A stretch of DNA of 64,000 nucleotides from a virus. This document shows positions 30,341 to 40,773 of this stretch, one piece after another. The stretch is from positions 19,769 through 83,768 of IMG/VR virus record IMGVR_UViG_3300043446_002337. One strand, given 5' to 3'. The first letter of the stretch is position 1. Every line of letters begins with the position of its first letter. The notes under the pieces were generated by a model. The model made no database searches, was not told where the DNA came from, and worked only from the letters and a program-made list of their open reading frames with translations. The position numbers were made by a program, and so were the translations under genes.

Positions 30341-31540
30341 ATGAAGTATAATGACCAAGAACATAATTTTAAAAAGTTTATATCTGAATGGGATATAAAC
30401 TCGGAATATGTTTTGTTTGGAGCAAGTAAAGAATGTGTTCAGTTTATACGAAGTTTGGATATTTTATTGGGTGAGGGATGCTTAAAAATAAAATATATCG
30501 TTGACCATGACATAAAAGATACAACTACTGTAAGTAATATTAATCAAATAAGTTCGTTTTATAGGCAGTCAAAGCAAGTAGATAACAATAGAAAAAATTT
30601 AAAATTAGTACACATAGACAACTTTGATGAGGTTGATACGAAAGTCATAATCACATCAGATGAATTTAGGAACCAATATAAGCAATACCTACAATCAAAA
30701 AACATAAAATATACTTGGTATAAAAATATAGCTTCCATTTGGCCATTTGAGTACGAGAAAAAAACACATATATTCCAAACAGATATACTGGTCACAGAAA
30801 AATGTAATTTAAACTGTTCGCATTGTAATATGTTTATTCCACACTATGAAGCACCTAGTCACCGAAGTGTTAATACTATAATAAACGATGTAGATTTATT
30901 CTTTCAGAAAGTTGATTATGTTAGTATACTTCATTTAGTTGGTGGAGAACCATTTTTATATCCTAATATAGATGATATAATTACGCATATCACACGTAAT
31001 TATGTAGAGAGAATAGATAAATTTATAATCACAACTAATGGTACTGCAACTCCAAAAGATACAACAATACAATTACTACAAAATAGTAATATTATCTTAA
31101 GTGTAAGTAACTACTCGGATAAGTTACCCAAGTTACGCGCTAAGATAACTAAAACAATAGAATACTACGAACTCAATAATATACGACATTATGTTAGAAG
31201 TAATATTGAATGGTATGATTTTGGTGATTTACGGATAAAAAAACATTTAGAAGAAAACGAACTGATACAACATTTTGATAGTTGTACTGCTCCATTTAGA
31301 GGATTAAATAATGGTAAGTTTTATTATTGTCATCTTAATACTAGTGCGGTATTAACAAAGTTATTCCCATTAAGTTCAAATGATTACATAGATTTAGAGT
31401 CTACAACGAGCGAGGCTCTTATAAAATTTGATTTAGGATACACAGGGTTAGGATACATAACATTTTGTGACAATTGTAACGGATGTAACACTGGAATAAA
31501 GATACCGGTAAGTTATGAAAAGCAAGGTGTTAGAATATGA
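30341..31540 (+). CDS. Radical SAM protein
   Basis: CNLNCSHC, GGEPFL, TTNGT; C-terminal Cys (C...C...CDNC). Confidence 0.88.
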   Translation: MKYNDQEHNFKKFISEWDINSEYVLFGASKECVQFIRSLDILLGEGCLKIKYIVDHDIKDTTTVSNINQISSFYRQSKQVDNNRKNLKLVHIDNFDEVDTKVIITSDEFRNQYKQYLQSKNIKYTWYKNIASIWPFEYEKKTHIFQTDILVTEKCNLNCSHCNMFIPHYEAPSHRSVNTIINDVDLFFQKVDYVSILHLVGGEPFLYPNIDDIITHITRNYVERIDKFIITTNGTATPKDTTIQLLQNSNIILSVSNYSDKLPKLRAKITKTIEYYELNNIRHYVRSNIEWYDFGDLRIKKHLEENELIQHFDSCTAPFRGLNNGKFYYCHLNTSAVLTKLFPLSSNDYIDLESTTSEALIKFDLGYTGLGYITFCDNCNGCNTGIKIPVSYEKQGVRI

Positions 31541-32010
31541 TTATCATAGTTGATATTGATAGTACTCTTTGTATTCATGAAAAGAGACAACACATTGCCA
31601 CGGATATTAATGGTAAATTGGATTGGGATATTTTTTATGCGTATGAAAATATTATTACTGACGAACCTATTTGGGAAACGATAAATAATGTACGCCGATA
31701 TAAAGATAAAAACTTTAGAATAGTAATCTTTACTTCTAGACCAGAAATAACGCGAAATGCTACAGAAACTTGGTTACGTAAGTATGAAATACCGTATGAT
31801 TCGTTACACATGCGAAGTGTTGAAGAACACAAAATACCTGCTGTAGAATTAAAAAAGAAAATGTATGACACGATTATTGACGATAAAGTTTTTTGCGCAT
31901 TTGAAGACAAGGAAGAAATAGTTGATTTGTGGTTATCGTTGGGGATACCAACATTTAAGGTAGAATATGAACACCATAGAACGTCAGATAAAATTATTAT
32001 TAAAAAATAA
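31537..32010 (+). CDS. HAD-family phosphatase (PNKP/PseT phosphatase-like)
   Basis: DIDST motif I, FTSRPE motif II, K, FED motif IV. Confidence 0.8.
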   Translation: MIIIVDIDSTLCIHEKRQHIATDINGKLDWDIFYAYENIITDEPIWETINNVRRYKDKNFRIVIFTSRPEITRNATETWLRKYEIPYDSLHMRSVEEHKIPAVELKKKMYDTIIDDKVFCAFEDKEEIVDLWLSLGIPTFKVEYEHHRTSDKIIIKK

Positions 32011-32965
32011 AAGTTGGCAGTATCCTAATTCTTTTGAGGAATTAGGGTACATTTATTTTGGACCATTGTTATTTAATTTTTTTGTATGGTTGATGAACGA
32101 AGTAAAATATTCAGATAAGGTGTTGTTTAATTCCAGAGAAGGATTTTTCTTAGAAAAAATATATAAGATTTTTCAAGAGAAATATACGTTACCTCAATCA
32201 GTTTATTTCAAAACATCAAGAAAAATTTCATCGTTGGCGTCATTTAAAACAGAACGTGATATCTACGATACATTTAAATTACATAGATATCACGGAACTC
32301 TATCTAGTTTATTGCGTGATAGATTTGGTATATGCCCACGTATTGAGCAGGATTATTTAATAGACACGGTGAACCAGATTCCAAATATAGATTACTATTT
32401 GGAAGAGATTTTAATAAAATCAAATCGTATTAGGAATGAGTATGGTGAGTATGTTAACGATATAGTCGGTGCTTCCAATAATATCTCAATGGTGGACAGT
32501 GGGTATCAAGGTACAACACAATATTATCTAGAAAAAACCTACCAACTAAGATTCAAAGGTAGGTATATCACATTTAAGGGTAATAAAAGTTTGCATGACG
32601 TAGTAGGATTTTATAATTTTACAACCACGAACTTTCAAAAAAATATAATATTTTTTGAATCTGTGTTTACCGATAGTGTAGGAACATATGTTGATATTAA
32701 GGCGGACTCATTTATAAATGAAGAAATTGATACGTCCACACATTTCTTCAACAAAAAACAGAAGATAGTTCTCGGTATAGAAACATTTATACGTGAAATG
32801 TTAAGTCATGACTTAGACATAGAAAGTACGTGTCCAGAGTACTCTGATTATATTTTTAATCTTATGTGTACAAAAGATTTTGTAAAGAACTATGAATTAC
32901 TTGATATTTTTTATCATGACAATTACTACACCCGAAACATAACTAAAAAAATAGTAGGAAATTAA
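31967..32965 (+). CDS. Putative glycan phosphoribosyltransferase-like protein
   Basis: FGP, FNSREG, TSR and VDSGYQGTTQ (PRPP-loop-like) motifs seen in polysaccharide-locus HAD-associated proteins. Confidence 0.55.
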   Translation: MNTIERQIKLLLKNKSWQYPNSFEELGYIYFGPLLFNFFVWLMNEVKYSDKVLFNSREGFFLEKIYKIFQEKYTLPQSVYFKTSRKISSLASFKTERDIYDTFKLHRYHGTLSSLLRDRFGICPRIEQDYLIDTVNQIPNIDYYLEEILIKSNRIRNEYGEYVNDIVGASNNISMVDSGYQGTTQYYLEKTYQLRFKGRYITFKGNKSLHDVVGFYNFTTTNFQKNIIFFESVFTDSVGTYVDIKADSFINEEIDTSTHFFNKKQKIVLGIETFIREMLSHDLDIESTCPEYSDYIFNLMCTKDFVKNYELLDIFYHDNYYTRNITKKIVGN

Positions 32966-32969
32966 ATAT

Positions 32970-34370
32970 ATGAAAACTACACACGGTTCAAAATTTAAAT
33001 TAGTATACTCTGATTGGCACTTTGTTGGTGATACACTACGACCAATTGGTAACGGGATACACCCCGCAGCAAAACAGGTTATAGAACATATTCGTAAAAA
33101 TAATTTAAATATTGACTATACCGAATTTTTACAACATAGAAACGAACGTAAAGTTATAAAATTTGACCACTCAGAACTTATAAATTATTTTACTAGAAAT
33201 TATCCTCAAAATATAGTACCGATTAACGAAATATATGATGATGGTTTTATTTATATCTACCCATTAGAAATAAAGGATACATTGGAAGCGTTGGTACATA
33301 CAAATACATTCATACTAGACAGTGAAACATATAGTTGGTGTTTAACAGACATACTACCAGTAGAATTACTTCCACATTTTAAAACTGGTAAGGTAAAAAT
33401 TTTAATAAATATGGTTCATGACCCAAATTACGATGATGTAAATATACGAGCGTTTGAACTTAAAATGAACGAGTTAGGGATTGATGGGGAAAACATAATC
33501 ATTCTGTCCGGATGTAAGTTTGATAAGTATTATGAAATTCACCCAGACAGTAAAATAAAAATGTACACGGGTCATCTTTTTCTTCAACAAAGCTCTATTA
33601 CAATGAAACAATTTCCAGCTATCGGTCAGTTGGGATATATGTCGGAGTTTGTGGAAGAAACTGACTTGTCATCAGATATTATTAGACCGCATAAGTTTTT
33701 ATGCTGTAATAGAACGATGCACAAACCACACCGTTCTGGGTTGGCATACTTGACTGTAAAGTATAACTTATTGACAGATGGATTGTTTTCATTTATTCAA
33801 AAACTACCAATAAATTCATTGAGAACGATTATACGCGAAGTAATAGAAGAACCCAACGAGGATTATATAACGAAAATAGTATCTATAGTACCATACGAAT
33901 TGGATACACAACACTTACCAGAATCAAAAAAATCTGGATTTGGGGTGTCAAACAATAAAAAGGAATGGTATATAAATACGTACATTAACATTGTTACGGA
34001 AACCTTTTTTGGTACCGATGTATTTTTATCTGAGAAAGTTTTTAGACCTATATCCAACTATCAACCATTTATACTTCTAGGCGATTATGGGTCGTTGAAA
34101 GAATTAAAACGACTTGGATTTAAAACATTTGAACCATTTATAGATGAAAGTTATGATATGGAACAAAATCCGAAAAAAAGATTTAAAAAAATTGAAATAG
34201 AACTAGCAAAGTTAAAAAATAAATCTATACAAGAAATACATGATTGGTACTACTCAATAAAGGATATATTGGTGTACAATAGAAATCATCTATATTACTA
34301 TTATGACGGGTACGAATGTTTTGAACCAATATTTGAACAACTAAAGATAGATTATGAACTATCAAAGTAA
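32970..34370 (+). CDS. Putative GT10-like glycosyltransferase, paralog 2
   Basis: KFLCCNR..K.HR, IVTET....FLSEKVFRPI..QPFI, GFKTFEPFIDESYD. Confidence 0.55.
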   Translation: MKTTHGSKFKLVYSDWHFVGDTLRPIGNGIHPAAKQVIEHIRKNNLNIDYTEFLQHRNERKVIKFDHSELINYFTRNYPQNIVPINEIYDDGFIYIYPLEIKDTLEALVHTNTFILDSETYSWCLTDILPVELLPHFKTGKVKILINMVHDPNYDDVNIRAFELKMNELGIDGENIIILSGCKFDKYYEIHPDSKIKMYTGHLFLQQSSITMKQFPAIGQLGYMSEFVEETDLSSDIIRPHKFLCCNRTMHKPHRSGLAYLTVKYNLLTDGLFSFIQKLPINSLRTIIREVIEEPNEDYITKIVSIVPYELDTQHLPESKKSGFGVSNNKKEWYINTYINIVTETFFGTDVFLSEKVFRPISNYQPFILLGDYGSLKELKRLGFKTFEPFIDESYDMEQNPKKRFKKIEIELAKLKNKSIQEIHDWYYSIKDILVYNRNHLYYYYDGYECFEPIFEQLKIDYELSK

Positions 34371-35685
34371 GTTACCATTTAAAAGTATCTACACACATTT
34401 CTATAAACGGTCTGGTATTAAGTACCCATTACCTAATGGATTACACCCAAATTTACTAAGCTTTTTAAAGGACAATTTAGAACTAAATACTGACGCATCG
34501 ATAGAAGATTATGAGACAGGTAGATTCCCATTTAACCATGGTGATTTTTATCATTATTTTCAAAAACTATGCGGAGAAGAGAGTAACATTTTTCTAGATG
34601 AGATAGAAACAAGTTTAGACGAAAATTTTATATACATTTTTCCTTTAGAAGTAAGAACTACCTTAGAAAGTGTACGGTCTGACATTATATGTGAATTTAA
34701 CAACAAGACTCATGTTTACAATGTAATTGCGTCACTACCAGATAAAATTATTGACTTACTACAAAAGAAAAAAATATACCTATTACTTACACTTATACAT
34801 GACCCTGTATATGAAGAAGATGTTCTAAACACCGCATACAGTTTACAACAACATGGTATAGAATCCGACAGGGTGCATATAATATCCGCTCGTAGTGGTA
34901 AAATAGATACGTGTGATGCAAAGATGTACCGTGGAATCATACCATTAACAAAAGTAGCTAACGAAATAGGGTATCCACCAAAAATAGGTGGGTTGGGATA
35001 CCTGTCAGAATATATGGATGTCAGTGATTTAGATAGTTCTATTTTACGAAGTAAAAAGTTTATATCATTTAATAGAAGTGCAAGAAATCATAGAATTTGG
35101 TTATTGAATATGTTGGCAAAATACAACTTGTTGGATGAGGGATATTTTAGTTTCATTTTCCCACACGTACCCTCGGGTATGATTGCACCAGAGTTACTAC
35201 AAGTATTACCCTATGAATTAGACACACATCACTTATCCATAAAAGAAAAAGGTGAATTTGCGACAAATAACAATAATAAGAAACTCTATAAAGATAGTTA
35301 TATTCATATAGTAACAGAAACTTCGTTTCAAGAACCTAACGTATGTTTTACAGAGAAAATATTCCGACCGATTGCTAACTTACAACCATTTATTGTGATA
35401 GGCAATTCATTTTCTTTAAAGGAACTACGAGAACTAGGATTCAAGACATTTCACCCGTTCATTAATGAAGAATATGATACTGTCATTGACTCGTCGAGAA
35501 GATTAACTCTTATTGAAGAAGAATTACTACGTTTAAGTAAAATGAACCTAAGAGAAGTACACACATTATATTATTCATTGAGAAATATACTGATACACAA
35601 TAAAAATCATTTAGTAACATATAAAGATGATAACCCATTTCATATTCCACTACAAAATATGAAAACTACTATATTACGAGGATAA
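34354..35685 (+). CDS. Putative GT10-like glycosyltransferase, paralog 3
   Basis: KFISFNR..R.HR, IVTET....FTEKIFRPI..QPFI, GFKTFHPFINEEYD; closely similar to paralog 2. Confidence 0.55.
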   Translation: MNYQSKLPFKSIYTHFYKRSGIKYPLPNGLHPNLLSFLKDNLELNTDASIEDYETGRFPFNHGDFYHYFQKLCGEESNIFLDEIETSLDENFIYIFPLEVRTTLESVRSDIICEFNNKTHVYNVIASLPDKIIDLLQKKKIYLLLTLIHDPVYEEDVLNTAYSLQQHGIESDRVHIISARSGKIDTCDAKMYRGIIPLTKVANEIGYPPKIGGLGYLSEYMDVSDLDSSILRSKKFISFNRSARNHRIWLLNMLAKYNLLDEGYFSFIFPHVPSGMIAPELLQVLPYELDTHHLSIKEKGEFATNNNNKKLYKDSYIHIVTETSFQEPNVCFTEKIFRPIANLQPFIVIGNSFSLKELRELGFKTFHPFINEEYDTVIDSSRRLTLIEEELLRLSKMNLREVHTLYYSLRNILIHNKNHLVTYKDDNPFHIPLQNMKTTILRG

Positions 35686-35686
35686 C

Positions 35687-36691
35687 ATGGAATTCAGAGG
35701 AAAAACGGTTTTAGTAACTGGAGCAAACGGTCTTGTGGGGCACCCAACTGTAAAAAAGTGTTTAGAGGAAGGTGTAAGCACTATATACGCGGTAGACCTA
35801 AAATTTTCAGAAGAATTAACCAAACTTGCGGAAACCGACGATAGATTAAAACTTATACAAACAGACTTAACGTACCTTCATAACTGTGAAAATCTGTTTA
35901 AGGGAAGTGTTATAGACATAGTTTTACATATTGCAGGTGTGAAGGGTTCACCATTACGTTCTTCTACGATGCCTGCGGATTATTTGTTTCCTATGTTGAT
36001 GTTTAACACAAATATGATTAAGGCTGCGTTTGATGCGAAGGTCGGTTGGTTTGTGTATCTTTCATCTGTTGGTGTGTACAAACCCGCAGATATTATGAAT
36101 GAAGAGGATACGTGGAATAGAGAAGAAACATGGGCATCGACACCATCAAAAAATGATTGGCATCCTGGGTGGTCAAAACGTATGGGTGAATTAACATTAG
36201 ATTCTCTTAAAGTGCAATATGGATGGGATAATTGGACCGTGCTTCGCCCATCCAACATTTATGGAACGCATGATAATTTCGCACCAGACGCAACCGTTAT
36301 CAGTACCAACATTTGGAAATTATTCAATGTTGAGGGTGATGAGATGGTATGTTGGGGTGACGGTTCTCCCCGTAGAGATTTCGTGTTTGGTGATGATGTC
36401 GCGCAGGCAACAATTGATGTAGTTAAAAAGGAAGTACGAGATGTTATTAATTTTGGATGTGGTGACGCAGTAACTATTAAAGAAACTATAGAAACTATAG
36501 TAGAACAATATAAGAATATTACTGGAAAAACCAAACGGATTGTATGGGATACAACAAAAATGAACGGGGATGCAATCAGGTGTTTAGGTTCGCATAAACA
36601 AAAAAAATACGATATTTTACCACGTACAAATCTTGCTGATGGAATTAAGGAAACAATTAAAGTTTACATGCATAACAACAATATTTTATAA
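35687..36691 (+). CDS. NAD-dependent epimerase/reductase (GDP-L-fucose synthase-like extended SDR)
   Basis: TGANGLVG, SSVGVY, GWSK, RPSNIYG.HDNF, WGDGSPRRDF. Confidence 0.85.
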   Translation: MEFRGKTVLVTGANGLVGHPTVKKCLEEGVSTIYAVDLKFSEELTKLAETDDRLKLIQTDLTYLHNCENLFKGSVIDIVLHIAGVKGSPLRSSTMPADYLFPMLMFNTNMIKAAFDAKVGWFVYLSSVGVYKPADIMNEEDTWNREETWASTPSKNDWHPGWSKRMGELTLDSLKVQYGWDNWTVLRPSNIYGTHDNFAPDATVISTNIWKLFNVEGDEMVCWGDGSPRRDFVFGDDVAQATIDVVKKEVRDVINFGCGDAVTIKETIETIVEQYKNITGKTKRIVWDTTKMNGDAIRCLGSHKQKKYDILPRTNLADGIKETIKVYMHNNNIL

Positions 36692-36706
36692 CGGGGAGAA
36701 AGTAAC

Positions 36707-37435
36707 ATGGAAACTATTCTAGGTAATCTACCAGACTCAGAACGGTCTGTTTTATTTAATGAAGGAGTATATGTAGGTAATATATTCAACTTTATAAAAC
36801 AAGATGAAGTAGAAATATTTGAGAGACTTACAAAAGATTTACAAAACTATATCGTACATAATCGCGATAGCTTAGTGTGTAGATATGACTATGAACGTAC
36901 TACGGAAGAAATAAACTCTGATATACCGTGGAAACATGCGATACCTTTAGCAGAAGTTCCGGAAAGAGATAAATTTGTAAAAGAAAACAATAGATTTGTT
37001 CAACAAATATTTCTTGAATTTGGTCATGATACAGTACCACCACAACACGAAGATGTTAAGTTTGTTATGGAAGTATATAAGAGAATAGTAGAATTTTTCT
37101 ACCCACATATGGAAATACACTATCCAGAAAAACCTATGTTCATGTTATACGAAGATGGGCACTTTATAAGTGAACACAGAGATGGTAAAAATCCAGGTAG
37201 AGTTTGTGTTTTGATATTCTATTTATCTGACGAAAAAGATTATAACAACGGTGGTGGAGAATTGATTTCTATAACAAACTCGGGAAAACGTATAGAAACC
37301 AAACCAGTATTTAGTACATTTAGTATGATGGACTTTACTGCAAATGACCCAATGCATTCGGTCAATATGGTAAAAAATGGTTTTAAACGATTATCATCTA
37401 TATTCTTCCTTTACGAAAAGGATAAACAACAATAA
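36707..37435 (+). CDS. 2OG-Fe(II) oxygenase
   Basis: Y..GHFISEHRD (HxD), YL, GGEL, HSV..V, R motifs. Confidence 0.8.
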   Translation: METILGNLPDSERSVLFNEGVYVGNIFNFIKQDEVEIFERLTKDLQNYIVHNRDSLVCRYDYERTTEEINSDIPWKHAIPLAEVPERDKFVKENNRFVQQIFLEFGHDTVPPQHEDVKFVMEVYKRIVEFFYPHMEIHYPEKPMFMLYEDGHFISEHRDGKNPGRVCVLIFYLSDEKDYNNGGGELISITNSGKRIETKPVFSTFSMMDFTANDPMHSVNMVKNGFKRLSSIFFLYEKDKQQ

Positions 37436-37447
37436 TACACAACATAT

Positions 37448-38608
37448 ATGAAAATAGGTATACGATTTAGTGGTAAAGGTCCATCTGGATATAATGATAT
37501 TTTTTATTTTCTACATACTTTACAAGCAGGAAAAGTAAAAGAAATATCTACAGAATATTTAGGGTGTGAAATACAGTACAGAGACAATACGTATTTATTT
37601 TCGGCAAAGGAACTTGAAGATGATTGTGATATCAAGGTGTTTGCCGCCCACGACACACAGTATATTCACTCATGCATAGAGTCAGATACCGAGTATCAAC
37701 GTATAAGAAATACATATGATACTATAGTACTGTTTAGTCCGGGTGAAGCGTTGGTCACACGTATTTCTGATGAAATGTTACAAAAATTTTTAGATGAAGG
37801 TAATTTTTATGTAACAGGAACTACCAACATATCATTTGAACACAAAAACCTATTCATAGATAAATTTATGGGGCCAAAGTTTTTGTACTATCAGTTAGGA
37901 TTTAATTACATTAACTTTTATCAGAATACAAAAACAAAACGTAGTCTAGTGGGTGTGTACCACCGGACACAATACATTAATGATGTTGTACGTTCCTTAC
38001 CATGTAAAAAGTCAACAATACGTAATGAGGTAGTAAACAAATTAAAAGAATTATTAGATACGGACTTGACAATCTATGAAAATAACCATATATTACACCC
38101 AGAGATTTTAGAGCCTTATAATTTTTTAGGACTATGGGTTACAAATCATATATCTGGATATTCTGACTATGCCACAAGTGTATGTAATTTGATTTTTGAA
38201 AGTTTTGCTCCACATGAAGATTCACCAAGAGCTAGTCTTAGTGAAAAAACTATAAAAGCAATTATCTTTGGTAAAGAAAACATATTCTTCATGTGGCACG
38301 GACCAGATGATTTATTCATATATCTAAAAAATTTGGGATTTTGGTTTTTAAATATGGAGTTCTATGATTTCAAAACTCCCAACAGAGATGAAATGACGGT
38401 ATCGGTTATACGAACTATTGAATACTTAAAACATCTACAGACACAATTTAAAACGAATGACGAATTGTTTCAATATTTATATGATAGACACGGTGAAAAA
38501 TTACTTACAAATTATTATAAATTCAAAGAACAACTAATAGATACGTCTATTGGAAATAATATACTTACTTCTTTACATAATTTCAGCAGGGGGAACAATG
38601 AGGTTTGA
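37448..38608 (+). CDS. Divergent GT10-like paralog 4
   Basis: LIFES......LSEKTIK and LKNLGFW echo the TEK/GFKT motifs of the other paralogs. Confidence 0.45.
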   Translation: MKIGIRFSGKGPSGYNDIFYFLHTLQAGKVKEISTEYLGCEIQYRDNTYLFSAKELEDDCDIKVFAAHDTQYIHSCIESDTEYQRIRNTYDTIVLFSPGEALVTRISDEMLQKFLDEGNFYVTGTTNISFEHKNLFIDKFMGPKFLYYQLGFNYINFYQNTKTKRSLVGVYHRTQYINDVVRSLPCKKSTIRNEVVNKLKELLDTDLTIYENNHILHPEILEPYNFLGLWVTNHISGYSDYATSVCNLIFESFAPHEDSPRASLSEKTIKAIIFGKENIFFMWHGPDDLFIYLKNLGFWFLNMEFYDFKTPNRDEMTVSVIRTIEYLKHLQTQFKTNDELFQYLYDRHGEKLLTNYYKFKEQLIDTSIGNNILTSLHNFSRGNNEV

Positions 38609-39590
38609 TGATAAAATTTTAGTTACTGGTGCTAGTGGTTTTATAGGTTCTCATGTTTTACGGTTACTTTTTAAAAAAGGATACATGAATCTTAGAGCAG
38701 CGGTACATAGTAGAGATTTACGAGGAGACTTCAAAGGTTCTCAAAACATTGAAACGTTTAAAGGTGACCTTCGTGACGCAGAGTTTTGTTCAAAAGTAAC
38801 CGAAGGTGTTGACATAGTAATACACTGTGCAGCTAATACTTCTAACGCATTAGATACTAAGTTTAATCCACTTCTTCATGTTACCCCTAACATTGAGATG
38901 ACAGTAAACTTATTAGAACAGAGTTGGAAAAATAAGGTCAAAAAAGTTTTATACGTGTCGTCCAACACAGTATATCCTGATATGCAAGAAGATGACTGCG
39001 CAGAATGGATGGATGTGCATTCCACACCATTAATTCCAGTATACAAGGGTGTAGGTGGAATGAAACGGTACTGTGAACTATTATGTGATTTCTTCTCAAA
39101 TCAAATACACAACCCCATGCAGTGTATTATAGTTCGGCCATCAAATGCATTCGGACCAAACGACAAGTTTGATTACGAAAAATGTCACGTAACCCCCGCA
39201 AATATTAGAAAGGTAGCGGATGAACTCAATCCGATTCCCGTATGGGGAGATGGAACCGAGGTTCGGGACTTATTACACGTAGAAGATATGGCAGAGGGAT
39301 TCATCTATATCATGGAGAAGTGTGATAAGTACGACATTTATAACGTTGCTTATGGTCAAGCTTATTCGGTAAATGAAGTACTACAATGGTTGAAGGAACT
39401 TGAAAATAATGAAAATCCAATTTCTTACGTGAATAATAAAGCTCCGATGATTCCGATACGAAAATTATCAAGTAAAAAGGTAAATGCGTTAGGGTGGGTA
39501 CCTAAACGTGAGTTAAAGGAAGCATTGAAAGAGACTATAGACTGGTATAAATCCAACAAACATTTATACAACCCAGATTCAACACCATAA
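38598..39590 (+). CDS. NAD-dependent epimerase/reductase (GDP-L-fucose synthase-like)
   Basis: TGASGFIG, HCAA, SSNTVYP, RPSNAFGPNDKF, WGDGTEVRD; ATG 38598 with GGGGG SD. Confidence 0.85.
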   Translation: MRFDDKILVTGASGFIGSHVLRLLFKKGYMNLRAAVHSRDLRGDFKGSQNIETFKGDLRDAEFCSKVTEGVDIVIHCAANTSNALDTKFNPLLHVTPNIEMTVNLLEQSWKNKVKKVLYVSSNTVYPDMQEDDCAEWMDVHSTPLIPVYKGVGGMKRYCELLCDFFSNQIHNPMQCIIVRPSNAFGPNDKFDYEKCHVTPANIRKVADELNPIPVWGDGTEVRDLLHVEDMAEGFIYIMEKCDKYDIYNVAYGQAYSVNEVLQWLKELENNENPISYVNNKAPMIPIRKLSSKKVNALGWVPKRELKEALKETIDWYKSNKHLYNPDSTP

Positions 39591-39597
39591 TACTTCC

Positions 39598-40536
39598 ATG
39601 AAAAAAGTATTGATTACAGGTGGCGCAGGATATTTAGGGTCAACAATAACCGAACATTTGTTAACACAAGGATACTCAGTAACAGTTCTAGATAACTTAA
39701 TGTATAAACAATTATCACTGTTACATTTATTTAAACACACATCCTTTAATTTTGTGTTAGGAGATGTTCGAGATGTAACCTTATTACAAAACCTGGTACA
39801 AGCTCACGATATTATAATACCACTTGCAGCTATAGTAGGAATGCCTGCTTGTAAAAATAATCCGCAATTAACAATAGACACGAATTATCGTCAAATACAA
39901 AATATTTTATCGGTGATAACTGATAAACAAAAATTAATATTACCCAATACGAATAGTCAGTATGGGTCATCGGAAACGATTATTACTGAGGATAGTCCGT
40001 TTAAACCACTATCTTTATACGCAGAAACAAAATGCGATGCGGAAAACGCCATGTTAGCTCATGGTAACGGAGTATCATTACGTCTCGCCACAGTTTTCGG
40101 TGTATCACCACGGATGCGACAAGATTTATTGGTGAATGACTTTGTATATAAAAGTGTAGTAGATGGATATCTGGTTCTGTTTGAAGGACACTTTAAACGA
40201 AATTATATTCATGTACAAGACATAGCACGTACCTTTCAATTTGTTATTGAAAACTATGAAAAATGTAAAGGACACGCGTTCAACGTCGGATTGTCTACAG
40301 CAAATTTAAGTAAGTTAGAGTTGGCAGAACGGATTAAAACCTATATACCTTCGTTAGTTATAAAGCAGGATGAATTTAAAGAAGATTTTGATAAACGAAA
40401 TTATATAGTATCTAATGAGAAACTGGAGAGATTAGGTTGGTATCCGATATATGATTTAGATTATGGGATACAACAGTTGATAAATGCATACAAATTTGTT
40501 ATTATTCATAATAATAGAAATTTTACAAATCTATAA
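39598..40536 (+). CDS. NAD-dependent epimerase/dehydratase
   Basis: TGGAGYLG, LAAIVG, YAETK (YxxxK), RLATVFGVSPRMR. Confidence 0.88.
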   Translation: MKKVLITGGAGYLGSTITEHLLTQGYSVTVLDNLMYKQLSLLHLFKHTSFNFVLGDVRDVTLLQNLVQAHDIIIPLAAIVGMPACKNNPQLTIDTNYRQIQNILSVITDKQKLILPNTNSQYGSSETIITEDSPFKPLSLYAETKCDAENAMLAHGNGVSLRLATVFGVSPRMRQDLLVNDFVYKSVVDGYLVLFEGHFKRNYIHVQDIARTFQFVIENYEKCKGHAFNVGLSTANLSKLELAERIKTYIPSLVIKQDEFKEDFDKRNYIVSNEKLERLGWYPIYDLDYGIQQLINAYKFVIIHNNRNFTNL

Positions 40537-40539
40537 TCC

Positions 40540-40773
40540 ATGACACAGGATATTAGGGAAGATAAAAAAAGAACAATGTTAAAAACAGTTACGTGGCGTA
40601 TCGTAGCAGTATTTAATTCGTGGATAATATTATCAATTGGTATTGGTAACACAAATTTACAAAAAGCATTGTTGATGAATAGTACTGGATTTTTTGTATT
40701 TTATTTTTTTGAAAGAGTGTGGAGTAAAATAAATTATGGTAGATATGTTATGGGGGATACTGTAAATGAGTAA
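40540..40773 (+). CDS. DUF2061-like small membrane protein
   Basis: KT.TWR...YFFERVW.KI.YG pattern. Confidence 0.7.
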   Translation: MTQDIREDKKRTMLKTVTWRIVAVFNSWIILSIGIGNTNLQKALLMNSTGFFVFYFFERVWSKINYGRYVMGDTVNE

